This document shows positions 25,509 to 40,279 of a stretch of DNA of 64,000 bases, in pieces. Below the pieces are notes generated by a model, which was given only the letters and a program-made list of their open reading frames with translations, ran no database searches and was not told where the DNA came from. The stretch is from positions 63,240,001-63,304,000 of the forward strand of contig OZ024747.1 in assembly GCA_964016885.1 (NCBI GenBank), written 5' to 3'. Position 1 is the stretch's first letter, and every line of letters starts with the position of its first letter. Made by a program: the position numbers and the translations under genes. Source of the DNA: Eledone cirrhosa. Its lineage: Eukaryota.

Positions 25509-27396
25509 CTTTAAAATGAAATTTTCAGTTATCCCGGTAATATGAATATTCAATATATGTATACAACTACAATAAACTAAAACTAAAATGCAGCACTGCT
25601 CATCATCATCATCATCATCATCAGCATTCACCTCCTATGCTGGCATTGGCTGGATGGATTGCTACAATGTGATTCAGTTATTTTCGGGGTCCCCTTCCTT
25701 CATGTCTCATTCTTACATTCCAATTTATGACATGTTTTCCATGGTTGGATCCCATTCCTAATGCCATCCACATTCCAAGGTGTGCTGGGTGCATTTCATT
25801 GTTGTATTAGCACTAGAAAGGTTGTTATGACTAAAAGAAGTTTTCCAATCACAAACCACTTCACAGAGCATACTGGATGCATTTCATTGTAATACCGACA
25901 ATAGAGAATCTGATTGCTTCAACATAGTAAAAGAGTCCTTTACACTCTACATCAAGCAAGTTGACAACCATGTATGATAGCAGCTACATTGTTAGTATAA
26001 CAAATATCAATGAGAATTAAAATTGAGATAAAAGCTATTTAACAGCAATACTCAACAGATTTAAACAAACAGATGCAGATTTTATACTACTTGATTAATA
26101 ACAAACAGCTTTATGCTGTTGTAACTATTTAATCACTGCTGAAGATCTATCACTCCTCACCTGTAATAAATGCAGTAGTAATTATAAATTACATCACACA
26201 CTGTAAAATGGTTGGTGATATGATGTGTATCCAGCTGTAGAAACCATGCCAAAACTTGAACATGTGTAATTGAGATGTGGCTCCCAGCTTGTCTGTGAGA
26301 GGACTGTAACTCCAATTAAATATTGACTTGATCTTTGATGACCTGCCCAACCTATGCCAGCTTTAAAAATCAGACATTAACTGATGATGGTGATGATGAT
26401 GATGATGATGGTGGTGATGGTGGTGATGATGGTGATTTTGGTGATGGTGATGATGGTGATGGTGATGCTGGTGATGGTGCTGATGATGGTAAATGTATGA
26501 TTAAGTTTCTCTTTCACTTCTCTATGCAAATAGATGAGACTTGTGATTACTTCATTTAAGAGGAGGCTCAGCATTATTCCCAGATTGTAAGAAACAAAAT
26601 CATACATATCTTTGAGGAGTAGACCCATTAGGGAGTTCCTGCCTGTTTCAACATCACTCATCTGTTGAATTGAATTACAGAATAGCCAACTCACTGAATT
26701 AATGTGCAAGAGGCTGGGCATTCCACAGACATGTGTATTCTTAACATAGTTCTCATGAAAAATTGGCATGATACAGTGTGTGATATGACTGATTTTTTTA
26801 ATTACTGGTAAAATTTCACTTGCAAAGTTCAGAGGGCAAGGGAAGGGGTTAATTCATGACTATAGTCAGAGACATTTGCCAAAAGTGCTATAGAGTGAAG
26901 CAAATTTCTTCTAATTTATGACATGTTTTCATCTCTGCTACAACTATATTATTATAAGAATTATTTTGTTAAGAAATAGATTTACAAATCTTGAACAGAT
27001 TTTATGGGCCAAACCAACAGGTAGGAGACCACGAGCAGATGGATCCATGAGCTTGGCTGGTCATGCTTGAGAATCCAGCCAGATCAGTTGGAGACTGTTG
27101 CTTCTGACAGAACTTACAAATGCAATGAAATAATTTTAAATTCATTTATGAAGAAATAAACTAAAATTCTTTTTTTATTTTAAATTGTCCTTGTAAAATT
27201 CAGGGGCATCTTATACGAAATGGCATCCAATAGGCTGGCAAATACAGTATTTGTTATTTACTATATGAACAATATTTTTATACAATTTGGAACAAATGCC
27301 CTACAACCAGTAATATACTGCAGGTATCTGTGTATCTTCATTGCATATTCTTCTGTTATTTGGTGTGTCTTGGTGACCAAGTGGAAACAATCCTTA

Positions 27397-27436
27397 TTAC
27401 TGATGTTTTTCAGCTATTTTATTTAATTTGTTATGC
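27397..27436 (-). CDS. Candidate short terminal exon (R)HNKLNKIAEKHQ*
   Basis: Strong acceptor TTTTATTTTCTTTCTCCAG|; only phase 2 stays open beyond 3 codons; AATAAA on minus strand at ~27175. Confidence 0.35.
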
Positions 27437-28339
27437 CTGGAGAAAGAAAATAAAACAAAACAGAAGAACCAATTTATTTAAAATTAAATAGTTAATAAAA
27501 AGTTTCCAAAATAAACTAAACAGAAAACATTTGATGGTTTAGATAGATAAATCATTTCCTTGATGTTTTCTTTGTAGATTAAAAATATATATTATATTTA
27601 AAAGTAAAAAAAAAATCAAAGGAACAAATTAAGATTGAAAGAAATTAATATTATAGAGAATTATCTGATATTTCTGTGTTTTTTCCTTTCATCCAACCTT
27701 TGAATGTAGTGAGGGAATGAGATTTTAATTGTTAACAATATTAGTTCAAATACAGCTGTTAAATGAAGCAACTTATGTTGGAACATTTTCAAAGAATATT
27801 TCGTATTGTATGTTTTATATAATTAGTTGTTTTAGAAAAATTGCTAACTTTGATTGGAGAAAATTGATCTAATAATATAGGATTCTGATCACACTATTGG
27901 AGAAGATAATTGATTATTGATCTTCAAATGAGTTTGATCTCATAATGTATGTGGTTTCTGCTTGAAACATTCTTTCAGTCTTTAAAAAAAAAAAAGAAAT
28001 CTTTTTAAGTTGAGGATTGGCAAGCTGGATTCTGTCATGTTTTATTTCATTTAGTGGTAAAAACAAACAATCATGTTTTTTGTTTTCTTATGAAGAGAGA
28101 AAATGGTTGGAACTGTATTCTGTTTTCTAGTGTTGGTGTCATTAATTAAAAATGTATTCCGTATATATGATGGTATATCTATAATTATCACTGTTTTAAG
28201 TGTATGTTCCAATTTAACAAAAGTCAGATATGTTGTCATGTCCTGAGACTAGAGAGGTCAGATGATCATGTCCTGCTAATATTTTGGAATAGTTTCCTCA
28301 TCTGGATACCTGTCCTATTTCCAACCACTGTCATGACAA

Positions 28340-28608
28340 CCCCCCCCCCCTCCCAGCCTACACTGTAAAGTGGTTGCGTAGGTGTCATGACAAAAAGCAC
28401 ACAGCCTGTACTGAAAAGATGTCAAAAATCACCCAGCACTTACTGTAAATGTGGTTGGCATTAGGAAAGGCATCCAGCTGTAGAAACCTAGCTGGAAGCA
28501 GTTCTGTGAGCAAGACATGATCATCTGACCCAACTTGCCTCAACTGAGACAACCCATCTAACCCATGCTATCATGGAAAAATGGACGTTAAATGATGATG
28601 ATGATGAT
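28340..28608 (+). mobile_element. SINE family C 3' part
   Basis: GTGGTTGGCATTAGGAAAGGCATCCAGCTGTAGAAA..ACCCATGCT..GGACGTTAAATGATGATG. Confidence 0.82.
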
Positions 28609-28743
28609 TACAGAATGTATTGGATGCATATTATTGTAGCCCCAGCACTAATAATTTATAGAGTACACCGGGTGCATTTTATCATTAGCACTAGCCCTAA
28701 CATTTTACAGAGTGGACTGAGTGCAATTTTGCCATATCACTAA

Positions 28744-28785
<42 letters not shown>

Positions 28786-29081
28786 TTGAGAGAAAGGAGT
28801 ACTCAATATTCATTTATTAAGGTTGAATAGTGAGTTTTGCCTGTTTATCATAGGGTCACACATTATCCATCACTGCATCTGTAAATTAATATAGTTGACT
28901 TCAACAGATTAGATCTTTTCAATGGGTGTCCATTTATTTATGCAACTTCATTGTGGACAGAACAAGAACGATCGGTTAGACTATAGATTCAGATGTCATT
29001 ATGTTCTTATCAGCAATGAGGACATATCTATCAATTTAAGCCAACATTGCATGTGCAATAAATTGCTTAGTGATAGTCGTT

Positions 29082-30046
29082 TTAAACTAGACATGAAAAA
29101 TGCGCAAGCTCAAAAGTGCCACAGAATGTTATAATAAACCTTCAAAAGTGTGGGACTAGAGTTGTTGCTAAAAAATATTGTAATCATTATATATCGTACA
29201 TTCTGTGGCATCCTTTATAAAAATAGCTTAAACCAACGAAGCCTTTATTTTTACGCTATTTCACTTAGTTAATTCTTAGAGTGTAACATATAAAAATATG
29301 ATTTACAACTATAAAATAAATTAATTAATATAATAACAGAGCTGCGGAGCTGAAATTTAGGAAATAATGGAGTATCGGATCCTGAGTTGGAGCCAGTCAA
29401 TTTTTGGCCGACTCCGCAGCCCTGTATAATACATTTCATATTAAAGTTATTAATAAACCTATTTTACACTTCATGCAAATTACCACGAGATATTGATATT
29501 AGATATAAGATACAGCGCAATATCTACAGCTGTAAAAGTACGAAAGCGAAGTAATAATAAGTGGCTTAAGGTAATTCCAATATGAAAGTTTGTAGTGATA
29601 AAAATTTGATAATGCAATACGATTGTTAATATTATAGTTCTATGAAAATGTAACAATAGATAACTAAATTATTTTACTATTAGTATATTTAAGAAATTAT
29701 CATTATAGATTTGATCGTTCATATAAGCATCATATTAAGTTTCAACACAATTATTTTGTTACTATGAGTATATGATAATAATATTACGTAATTATTTATA
29801 GCTGTTATTACATTAAACATAGATGTATTTATTTTTATATGTTACACTCTAAGAATTAACTAAGTGAAATAGCGTAAAAATAAAGGCTTCGTTGGTTTAA
29901 GCTATTTTTATAAAGGATGCCACAGAATGTACGATATATAATGATTACAATATTTTTTAGCAACAACTCTAGTCCCACACTTTTGAAGGTTTATTATAAC
30001 ATTCTGTGGCACTTTTGAGCTTGCGCATTTTTCATGTCTAGTTTAA
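29082..30046. repeat. Inverted repeat, 217-bp apparently identical arms (29082-29298 / 29830-30046), 531-bp spacer
   Basis: TTAAACTAGACATG..GTGTAACATATAAAAATA is mirrored with no mismatch seen by eye. Confidence 0.92.
29337..29424. mobile_element. 88-bp hAT-type MITE
   Basis: TIRs CAGAGCTGCGGAG / CTCCGCAGCCCTG; 8-bp TSD TATAATAA / TATAATAC. Confidence 0.75.
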
Positions 30047-30597
30047 TATTTTTTTAAGGCAACGCTTGTAATAACTCTAGTTAAACAGGATATATATTAA
30101 TAATAAATTATCGTTGTAATGTAATTAGATTATGTAATTGTTATTATAAATTATCTTATAAATATTAGTGTAAGATGTATAAAAATATTTTCAGACTTTT
30201 AATATAAACAACTACAAAAAACAATCAATATTAAATCAATATATTATACATAATAGAAACCATAAAATATACAATACAAAAACAAAATATTTACATACAA
30301 TTGCAATTATCAGTGTATATACATTTTTTTTATATTCCCTGAGCAAATTAATAAGATTTGTTTTTATTGTACATAATTTGATGACTTGTTGGAGTGTATT
30401 AAAAGATAGCAACAATTTGTGATTAAATTGTTATCTTAAGCAACTCACTTTTTAATAGTTGTTGGCTGAGCGAAATTGTAAAAGCCTATGAGCAAATATA
30501 AAAAAAAATACACAAACAACATTTCCTTGTGTTATTACAACATTAGATAAAATAATTGAGCAATGTCGTTATATTTTGCTCTTATTGCACATTAATA

Positions 30598-30765
30598 GTG
30601 TTTCTATTTTTCGGCACAAATCCATTACGGCAGTCCATTACTGGTACTTTATTTTATCGAATTAGTAAGTATGAAAGTCGAAGTTAACCTCGGCAGGATT
30701 TGAACTTAGAATGCAAAGGACCATAACAATACTGCAAAGCATGGTGTCTGACGCTCTACCAATAC
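30598..30765 (-). mobile_element. SINE family A
   Basis: ACTGGTACTTTATTTTATCGA..GGATTTGAACTTAGAATG..CTCTACCAATACT. Confidence 0.8.
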
Positions 30766-31159
30766 TTGTGTTGAGCTGGTCATTAATTTATGGTGGTCGT
30801 GCGTGGAGTAGAGCAATCGCTAGTTGAAATATTATGAACAAAACATTTTTATTTGCCGAAGAACATATTTTCAATACTGTTTGTGAATGTGACGAAGGAA
30901 ATACATTCTGATATGGAACAGTGTACAAAGTGTGTCTGTGAATAACATAATGTTACCTCATGTTGTTGTCAAGACATAATGGATTTCGTATATCCAGTTA
31001 GAAGATGAAACCTAGCCATCTCGGATTAGTTATATTTCATGCCATGTGTAAACGTGTTTGAGGATAGCAAAATATGCGCGTTAATTATAATAATTAGTTA
31101 ATAATATTACAAAATATACCTAATTAAACTCTTTGCTTGAAATTTTATCATTCTTCGTT

Positions 31160-31197
<38 letters not shown>

Positions 31198-32548
31198 TTT
31201 ATCTAGTCCTTCGCTCAAGATTAATCTATAAGTTTAGATGTCTGCCTTCGTTTAAGTAAATATTACAGTAAGATTTTTAATATAAACAACTACAAAAAAC
31301 AATTAATATTAAAACGAAAAAATTATCAATGATAAAAGAAGCGGATGCAACTTTTTTTTTTATAAAGTTATATTCCTGTTTCTTTAAAGAACATTTCATT
31401 TTTGTTCTATTGTAGGCGAAATAATGCAATGGTTTAATAGGGAAGATATAACTTACGAATTATGTCTCTAACCGTGTAACGCTTTTTAAGTAGATAACTA
31501 CAATTGAAAATACTAAAGAAATGGAACCAACAATTCAATTTGAAAGTCGTCTAGTGACAGTGTATTACTGGTACTTTATTTTATCGACCCCGTAACGATG
31601 AAAGGCAAAAATGCAAATGCTTAAAATTTAAATTGCCTTAATTCTATCGTCTGCTGTTTCATTAAAGGGAGATTCTCGTCTGTATTTAATTCTATCGTCT
31701 ACTGTTCCACTAAACAGATATACCTCCACTATCGTCTCTATTTATACATTTTAACTTATAACTTATACACATTTGATTTGAAATATTTTATCTAGTCCCC
31801 CCTCTCAATATTATGATGATTTCTTTCGAATGAAACAGTTCTAGTCCTGTAGAAGCCATTTATATATATAATTGAACCGAGTTAAAAATTCACAATATTT
31901 ATAATTAAATAAGCTCATATATATATGTGTGTATTTATCTGTTTATTGTATTATATATAATGTGTGTATATACAGGATGTCCCCCAAAAATATATACACA
32001 CTTCAACAGCATTCTAATAACTATTGCCTGTACAGGTAATCAAAGTGTCAATCGAATGTTAGTTTCGTGTTTTAACAGTACAAATTTACAATACACACAT
32101 AAAACCAGTGTATATACATACATGAGTGTGTATACACATACATGAATGTGTATATACAATATATATGTATATATATATAGACACATATATTCACGGTGCA
32201 ACGGTACATTAAAATATAGATGCGGGAGGGTGGGGGGGCTGTATATATAGGGGGGCTGGGGATAAAGGAGTGTAAAGCGTGTGTAATTGATATATTGAAG
32301 GAGAGGAGCGTGCAGCGATAGAGTAACAAATATATAGAGAGGGGGAGAGATGGTATTGAAGGGGAGGAGTGCAAAGCGAAAGAGTAAGAGATATATATAG
32401 AGACGGAACAGATAGAGAGAAACAGGCGTAAGTAACAGTGGAAGAGATATAGAGAGAGGTACTCTGATTGGTTGAAAATTAGCCAATGACATACGATCAC
32501 CACCACCACGGCTATCCCCGAACAATTTTTAAAGAAGCTAGGCATATA

Positions 32549-32603
32549 TGTTAGAACACGAAAAGTGAACATTCTGTTGTTTCACACTTTTCGTGTTCTA
32601 ACA
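32549..32603. repeat. 19-bp perfect hairpin TGTTAGAACACGAAAAGTG / CACTTTTCGTGTTCTAACA
   Basis: Direct reading; 17-nt loop. Confidence 0.85.
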
Positions 32604-32817
32604 GATACAACTTCACAGTGATTTCTCTCACATAACTAATCCATACAAAGTTGTATTCAAAGTCACAATCACTAAGCAATTTTATTACACATGTAGTGTT
32701 AGCTTAAATCTTTGGTGTGTTCCATTGTATATGTAGTATTAAACAGAAATACTGCTTTATGTGTCAGTAAGTTATTTAGTTATATACATATTCTCTTATA
32801 ATTTAACTTATATAAAA

Positions 32818-33210
32818 GTGAGTGCCTTAGTGGTTAGAGAATTGGATTCACACTCATAATTGTTTCTAATTTAGGCACAAGGCCAGCAATTACCCAGTGC
32901 ATTACTGGTACTTTATTTTATCGACCCCGTAAGGATGAAAGGCAAAGTCAACCTCGGCGGGATTTGAACTCAGATCATAAAGGGACGTAACTATGCTGGA
33001 AAGCATGGCATCCAACCCTCTACCGATACTGCCAATCCACCACACTCATAATGCTCTGAGTTTGATTCCCAGACTGGGCAATATGTTATGTCCTTGAGCA
33101 AGATATTTTATTTCACATTGCTCTTTCTGCCAGGTGTTGTGACCAGTAGATAGTATCAGCAATGTAAAGAGCAATAGAAATGTTGGTTGCTTGGTCAGAT
33201 TTGACAAGTT
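32818..33210 (+). mobile_element. SINE family B interrupted by a SINE A copy (32861-33040, minus) with 12-bp TSD
   Basis: TSD CACACTCATAAT at 32849-32860 and 33041-33052; the host SINE's A-box and B-box lie on either side. Confidence 0.9.
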
Positions 33211-33410
33211 CCACCCAACTTAGTAAGGAAATGATGCCAGGGATGTTGCCGATCGAATTGATCAATTTTTTGCTGGCATATTAAAAAAAAATCCAATATT
33301 CTTTTGGCTGTAATTGAACTCATAAAGTGTTATTTCTGAACCTAAACTCATGATTTTATGATTGTAAATTGAACGCTCTTACCACTAAGTCATGCCTTCA
33401 CTAATTGTAT

Positions 33411-33812
33411 GCGTGGACTGTGTGTTTTTTTTGTCGTGACACCTACACGATCTCGTTTGTTTTGGCCTGGATGTTGTGGCACCAACATAACTTTGCATTG
33501 AAGGGGGCGGTGTGGATGGGGTGGGACGGGGGTGTATTTTGTTAGAGATGCCTACTGACTAGTAGGTTTTACTTTGTATTTAGGTAAGGCGGGTCTTCTC
33601 TGTTACTGAGTACCGCCAAAGGTCTCGGTCCAGTGACATATATATATATATATATATGTCACTGGACCGAGGCATCTCTAACAAAATACACCCCCGTCCC
33701 ACCCCATCCACACCGCCCCCTTCAATGCAAAGTTATGTTGGTGCCACACCATCCAGGCCGAAACAAACGAGATCGTGTAGGTGTCACGACAAAAAAAACA
33801 CACAGTCCACGC
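33411..33812. repeat. Inverted repeat (143-bp arms 33411-33553 / 33670-33812) plus inner palindrome 33624-33671 centred on (TA)n
   Basis: Arms reverse-complementary with few mismatches; right arm continues into a SINE C tail to ~34015. Confidence 0.9.
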
Positions 33813-34268
33813 TGTAATGTGGCCGTGTAGGCAACACGGTAAAAACCTCCCAGCCCCACACTGTAAATGTGGTTGGTGTTAGGAAGGGCATCCAGCCGTA
33901 GAAAACCCGCCAGACAGTCCTATGCGAGCAAGACAACCACTCTTGCCTCAAGTGGGAAAACCCCCGTCCAAACCCATGCAAGCGTGGAACAGGGACGTTA
34001 AACGATGATGATGATATGTGTGAGTGTGTGTGTGTGTTTATGAAAATTTGATGTGTTAAATATTCAGAAAATACAATTTTTTGAAGATGGTGTCAATTAA
34101 ATGAGAAACAATCAGGTTAATACTTTGTGTGGAATTCGTATTACACAAAAGATTGGGTGACATATTACAATCTGTCTTCATTGTTACTGTAATAACATAT
34201 TAGAAAAATATGGAAATGTAATTATGGTATTGGATTTGGGTAGAAAATATGGCAATTAAACTTATTGG

Positions 34269-34328
<60 letters not shown>

Positions 34329-34451
34329 GTATATAATGTATATGTGTATATATTTATATGTATATAATGTATATGTATATATATTTATATGTATATAATG
34401 TATATGTATATATATTTATATGTATATAATGTATATGTATATATATTTATA

Positions 34452-34486
<35 letters not shown>

Positions 34487-34540
34487 GTATATATATACAT
34501 ATATATATGTATGTATATGTATATATATATATCATGTATC

Positions 34541-34574
<34 letters not shown>

Positions 34575-34803
34575 TGTATCAATATAATCTGAATGATGAG
34601 GAAAACAATGTGTGTGTGTAGTGGAATCTATTGGATTGTTATTAAGATAAGTTGAAGTCATTTAGAAAGCAATATTTACAGAACACTTGCTTTTAGATAC
34701 ATATGTTATAATGTATCAAAATATATATTATAGCAAAGATACACAGCAAACAAAATAAATAGTGTAATATAAATCAATGTATACATAAAACCACACACCC
34801 ATG

Positions 34804-34836
<33 letters not shown>

Positions 34837-34980
34837 CATCATCATCATCGTTTAACATCTATCTTCCATGCTAGCATGGGTTTAGAATATATATATATAT
34901 ATAGTAATAATAATAATAAATGTGAAGACTAAAAGGGTGAAAGCAGCGATTCTTTGCTTAAACTTTAATCTGTTATTTTA

Positions 34981-35021
<41 letters not shown>

Positions 35022-35927
35022 TCCCTATGTACATACATGCATATATATATGCATATATATATATATATATTTCAATCACATTTTTTTTATTTGTTTGACC
35101 CGAATTACTTGGTCGTTTCTATGGCTGTGCAGATAATGGTTTAACCATCGTCTCAGTTTGTTTGGCCTTTTAACTTATGTTGTAGCTCTAGTTCACTAGC
35201 TTCTATGGAGCGCTTGCCACACATCTTGGAAGTTGTTTTTCGCTAATTTCCAAAGCCGAAATACGATTCTCGCTAATTTATATTTGTATATATATATATA
35301 TATATATATACTCAACTATATGATAACCCTATATACCTATATATACACATCTTAATTGCTCTCATATGCAAATTATTTTGATAATAATTTTGAATGGAAA
35401 TGTTGTATTAAAACAATTTTACCTGTATTTTTCTTTTATTATTAGTGTTTGTATGACTCCAATAATAAAATAAGTATAGCCATAATATATAATTCTATGT
35501 TATATTTACTTATGTAATATGTAATTAGTGTTTGTATCCCAACCAAATAATAACAATCGTTGACAATATCTTATAGTTGTTCTAGCTTTGTAAGATTTGA
35601 TCATTTTTACTCCATGGTAATTGTTCAAGAGATATATTTCAGTTTAATAGTTAACAATTGCTCTCTCTAAGATACTATTGTATTGAACAACCCATCATCA
35701 TTACATTGGTTTTTCCATATTTTACATAGGTTATATAAATCCTCTCAAGCACAACCTCTCTCTCTCTACTTATCTCCTTCCTTTGTCATATTCTTTGTGG
35801 TTCACTTTCAGCATTTTGACCTCCACCACATTTTCTTTCCATTCAGAATTCCTGGCATTTCTTTCTCCAAAGCTGCAAGCATCCATACCTATTATATATC
35901 TGTGCACTCATACACCAAGCACACAAC

Positions 35928-36218
35928 CAGGGCCAGATGTTATGGGGGGGGGGGGGCTAAAGGGGGTAATTGCCTGGGGCCCCCACCAGCAACAGCCGTA
36001 TCAATTTATTTGTGCCCTCAGCTGGGCTTTTTCGTTTTAGGATGGTTAAAATTTTTTTTATTTACCACCTGTATGTATAACTTCTCAATTCCAATTACAA
36101 GCGCCAAGCTAACTTTGAGATGTAAAATTTGTAGGTTTGCTGTGTATACTAATTTTTAGTGTATGAGGGGCACCCCAAACCTGAAGTTCCCCAGGCCCCC
36201 AAGGTGTGAATCCAACTC
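35928..36218. mobile_element. Degenerate hAT-like MITE
   Basis: CAGGGCCAGAT..GGGGCCCCC at the left end, GGCCCCC..GAATCCAACTC at the right; flanking ~30 bp duplicated (35877 / 36227). Confidence 0.45.
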
Positions 36219-37015
36219 AAGTTGAAAGCATCCATACCTATTATATATCTGTGCAACCATCCACCTAGCACACAATATTTGACTCATCCTATATCAAGTT
36301 TTTCTCTCAATGTAATTGCTCTCTATTGTTTATGAATACTAACATTACACATCCAACAAAGCATACTTGATATATTTCTTGTTAGCCTTCACACATCCTC
36401 TCTATTAAATGCCTATGTTACACTATCTTGCAACATTGCACTTCATCACACAAGCATCATACAATCTACCCTTCACATATCCTCTACATTCAATGCCCAT
36501 GCCTCGAAACCATACAGCTTAGATATTGTTTCATACATCATTCAATTAAGAAAAATGATGAAGTTTCATTTACATCAATTCAATTTTTTTTATTGTGTAT
36601 CAACCTGTTACACGTGTTTCACAGAGGATTGGCTCAGGTTTACTCATAGAAGTTCTGAACCCGACTCTATTATTGATCTGCTCTTCAGACTGGTGATCCA
36701 ACAAAAAGTATATGAGATTGATATTGGCAGGAATGAGATTTGAACTCAGAAAACCAGAACAAATATTGCAACATTGTGTCTGATGCTCTACCATCTCTGC
36801 CAGTCAACCACTTTGATAGGTAGTTTATTAATCTATATTGCCATGATAGAATTATCATGCATCACAATAAAGTAGTATGACTATATTTTGATTTTAAACA
36901 GTACCTGTTGTTTCACTGTTTGACAAAGATCATATTAATTATAATTAATTATCTAGATTACTTTCTCTTTCTCCCTCTTTCCCTACCCCTAACATCTCTC
37001 TCTCTCTCTCTCTCT

Positions 37016-37157
<142 letters not shown>

Positions 37158-37205
37158 GTTATAGAATACTATTAGCTTCTCGCTAAAACAATCTCTATAC
37201 CTTTC

Positions 37206-37280
<75 letters not shown>

Positions 37281-39899
37281 TTTATATATTTATCTTTCTT
37301 CCTCTCCCCAATGTTGTAATTTTATTTCTAGAGACATAGTTGTTTTAAAATATTTTACCTAAGAGTTAAAAAGATATTATGAAGAGATAAAGAAGGTAAT
37401 ATTCATCTGACATTTTAGATTATGTGGAACATTTCTTTATTAGGATATTCCTCTTCCATTATTTTCTACAATTTTCCCATTAAGGTCTGTGTTGATATTA
37501 ATTATGAAATATTTATGCATGTTTGTATCAGATATGTAAGAGAATCCATACTTTAAATACCTACTTGAAAAACACATAAACCCTTCTATGAAGTACTAAA
37601 TGTTCTACTCGGGAGAAGATAATTATTTTCATGTTATATAACTCTACGTTAATACGGATATTAAACAGCTTTGCTTTATATACAGGATCCAATAAATTTT
37701 CTAATTATTTCTTATTATTTCTTTATTTAAATATTCAAATTAGAAATATGTTTTTTTCTAGCTTTATTATAATTTAATATCAACTTCAGACCTTCTCGTT
37801 GAATTACATTCACACTATCCATATTTTAATTCTTGAACACTAATGTTGTATTCCATTATTTCAATATGATAAAACTTATAAATCAAAAATAGAAGCAATA
37901 TCTAAATTTCATTATGCATATTTGGCTACCTGTTGTTACATTTAGCTTTGAAAATATTTTGTATATCATTCAGTTTACCAATAAATATTTTAAAATGTAG
38001 CCTGTTTATTTAGGTTTTTAATATCTAAGCACACTTTGTATAATTGATTTTGAAATTTTTGGTATATTTGTTACATTTGTGTAAGGCATTCCAATTTAAA
38101 TTCAAATCTTATTAGATTAAACTATATTCCTTTATATACTCTGGATACTTGTGTATAAGTTGCACAATTTTCCAAGAAAATATGGCTTCAGAAACACAGC
38201 ATACAGCTTATCTACAGGGTCTAGAATATATAATGTATTCCGGAGAAACACCTTCTATATTCTGTCCACAGGGGCCATGGGGTGGTCAACACATGGGCTC
38301 CCATTTGCTCATAATAGTGAGAGATGGGGAGAGCAGGCGAGATGGGGGTAGTGACAGTTGGAGTTTAGTTTCCTTGTGTACGGACCTGGTGTATATGTAT
38401 ATATTTATTAACCACACCACATGTTACATATATATATACAGAACTTTATTATTATGGCAGATATAGGTGGTATCTAGTGTATCTCTACAACAATTTCAAT
38501 AAATAACCTGATAAAATATATTTCTCTGTTTAACTTAAAATTATTTTGCCTGTAAATGTTATATGTAAAATGGAGGTGTGACTCATTTACCAGTGCAATT
38601 TAACTAACAATTTACATTATAATATATACATTCATTCTTTCACTTACTATTAATCTGTTGATACCAAGAAGTAGAGCCTCTAGTTCAAAAGTAAGAAGTG
38701 GGGGACAAATGTCCACAGGACATTTGTCTACCAACATTTTCATCACTTTTCCTATCCTCCTGCTTCTAGAAATGTCCAACTATTGACATAGAGAAGTGAT
38801 GAACGATATGTTTGAACAAGGCTAAGCAACAGTAGCACATCATCTCCACAATAGTGTAACCCAGACCTAATTTCATATTGATCCTTTCATTAAGTGTTCT
38901 ATAATGCTTTGTGATGCTCAAGCAGCTCATTCAAAAAGATATAATATATATATATATATACTTTAAACATTTTGGCTTAATTTAAATTAATGTATATCCC
39001 ATAGAAATAGATTGAAATGCAGCAGTTTTATATAATAGATTATATCTAAAATTTCTTGTTTCTAAGTTAAAAGAATCTAGAAACAAGAATTGTTTTTCTG
39101 GTGTGAGATGTGACCTAATTATTAATAAGACTTAGCTAGACTGTTCACAATTAAATAATCCTACATAGAGAAATATAAGAGATTAAAGTTTTAAAATAAA
39201 TTTACAGAAGCTGCAGCAATAAGACTAGAAGAATAAGATAAAAATCTTGCAAAAAGACATCTATATAAATATACAAAGGTCAAGCTTTTAAGTGCTGTCT
39301 GAAAAAATACATTTTTGTTCAAAGTATAATAGAGTATTTTCAACAAGAATTGACTTTCTCCTGAGACATTATAACCTAGTTGGCACAGACTTTGGCAAAT
39401 TCACAGACCAGCATCGATCATTTCTTATATTTACAACCAAAGACATTCTCATTACTATCAGCATTGCTAGTGAACTACTGCTGAGTTGATAACTCTAAGT
39501 TCCCTAGTTGGACATATCGAAGGCCATCTGTTTAAAACAGTCGACTTCTTCAATGATCTTGTGTCTATTACAAACAAGAAGGCCACTTTTGATGCCAAAA
39601 TATCAGTACTTAAAGCTAAAACTAAATTGTATTTTAGTAAAATCATAATTTACGGAAGTGCAAGAGTATATAGTACAATGTTGCATAGTAACAGGACATG
39701 AGCATTGAGTGCAGAGGGTATGTTAATGCTAGAAATGTTCCTCTGGATATGTAATTCTTTCTGATTTAGAGAATTCTTTCTCAAAACGTAAAGGGCCATT
39801 ACTCTATCCTGCTAAGTATGTTTTCCAATGCTCTACCGATACTGCCAATCAAACTCTGGATATATTGTTAACAGCAAAGCATAGATGAGTTGAGAGAAA

Positions 39900-40200
39900 A
39901 AAATAGGTACAAGAAGAATTAGATGTTATATCCAAGAGACTTCACTGGTAGGGACATGTAATGCATATGGATGATAACAATTTGGTAAAGAAGTTACAGG
40001 GATTTTGTGTGGAAGGAAGCCATGGAAAATGAGAATCAAGTAAATCACAGGTAGAAATGGTGAAAGCAGATATCAGGATGCTGAACCTTACAGAGGATAT
40101 GACACAGATACACAACAATGGTGACATATGCTATTGGAGAGGACCTGCTCAACTCATGCAATCATGGAAAATCAGATGTAAAAATGATAATGTTGATAAT
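39900..40200 (+). mobile_element. Decayed RTE LINE 3' end
   Basis: RLHW*GHVMHMDDN.LVKK..VEG..; tail CATGCAATCATGGAAAA..GTAAAAATGAT resembles the SINE C tail. Confidence 0.6.
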
Positions 40201-40279
40201 GAATACTAGGAAGTACATATGTTTTATATCAAGAATGTAGAGAAGCACATGTGGACGGGCACTACATGAGTTACACATA

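Noticed and set aside
26382-26490. Asp/Gly-rich ORF
   Set aside because: Expanded (GAT/GGT)n tail of a SINE
31972-32070. TACAGGATGTCCC Tc1/mariner-like terminus
   Set aside because: No matching second TIR or transposase found
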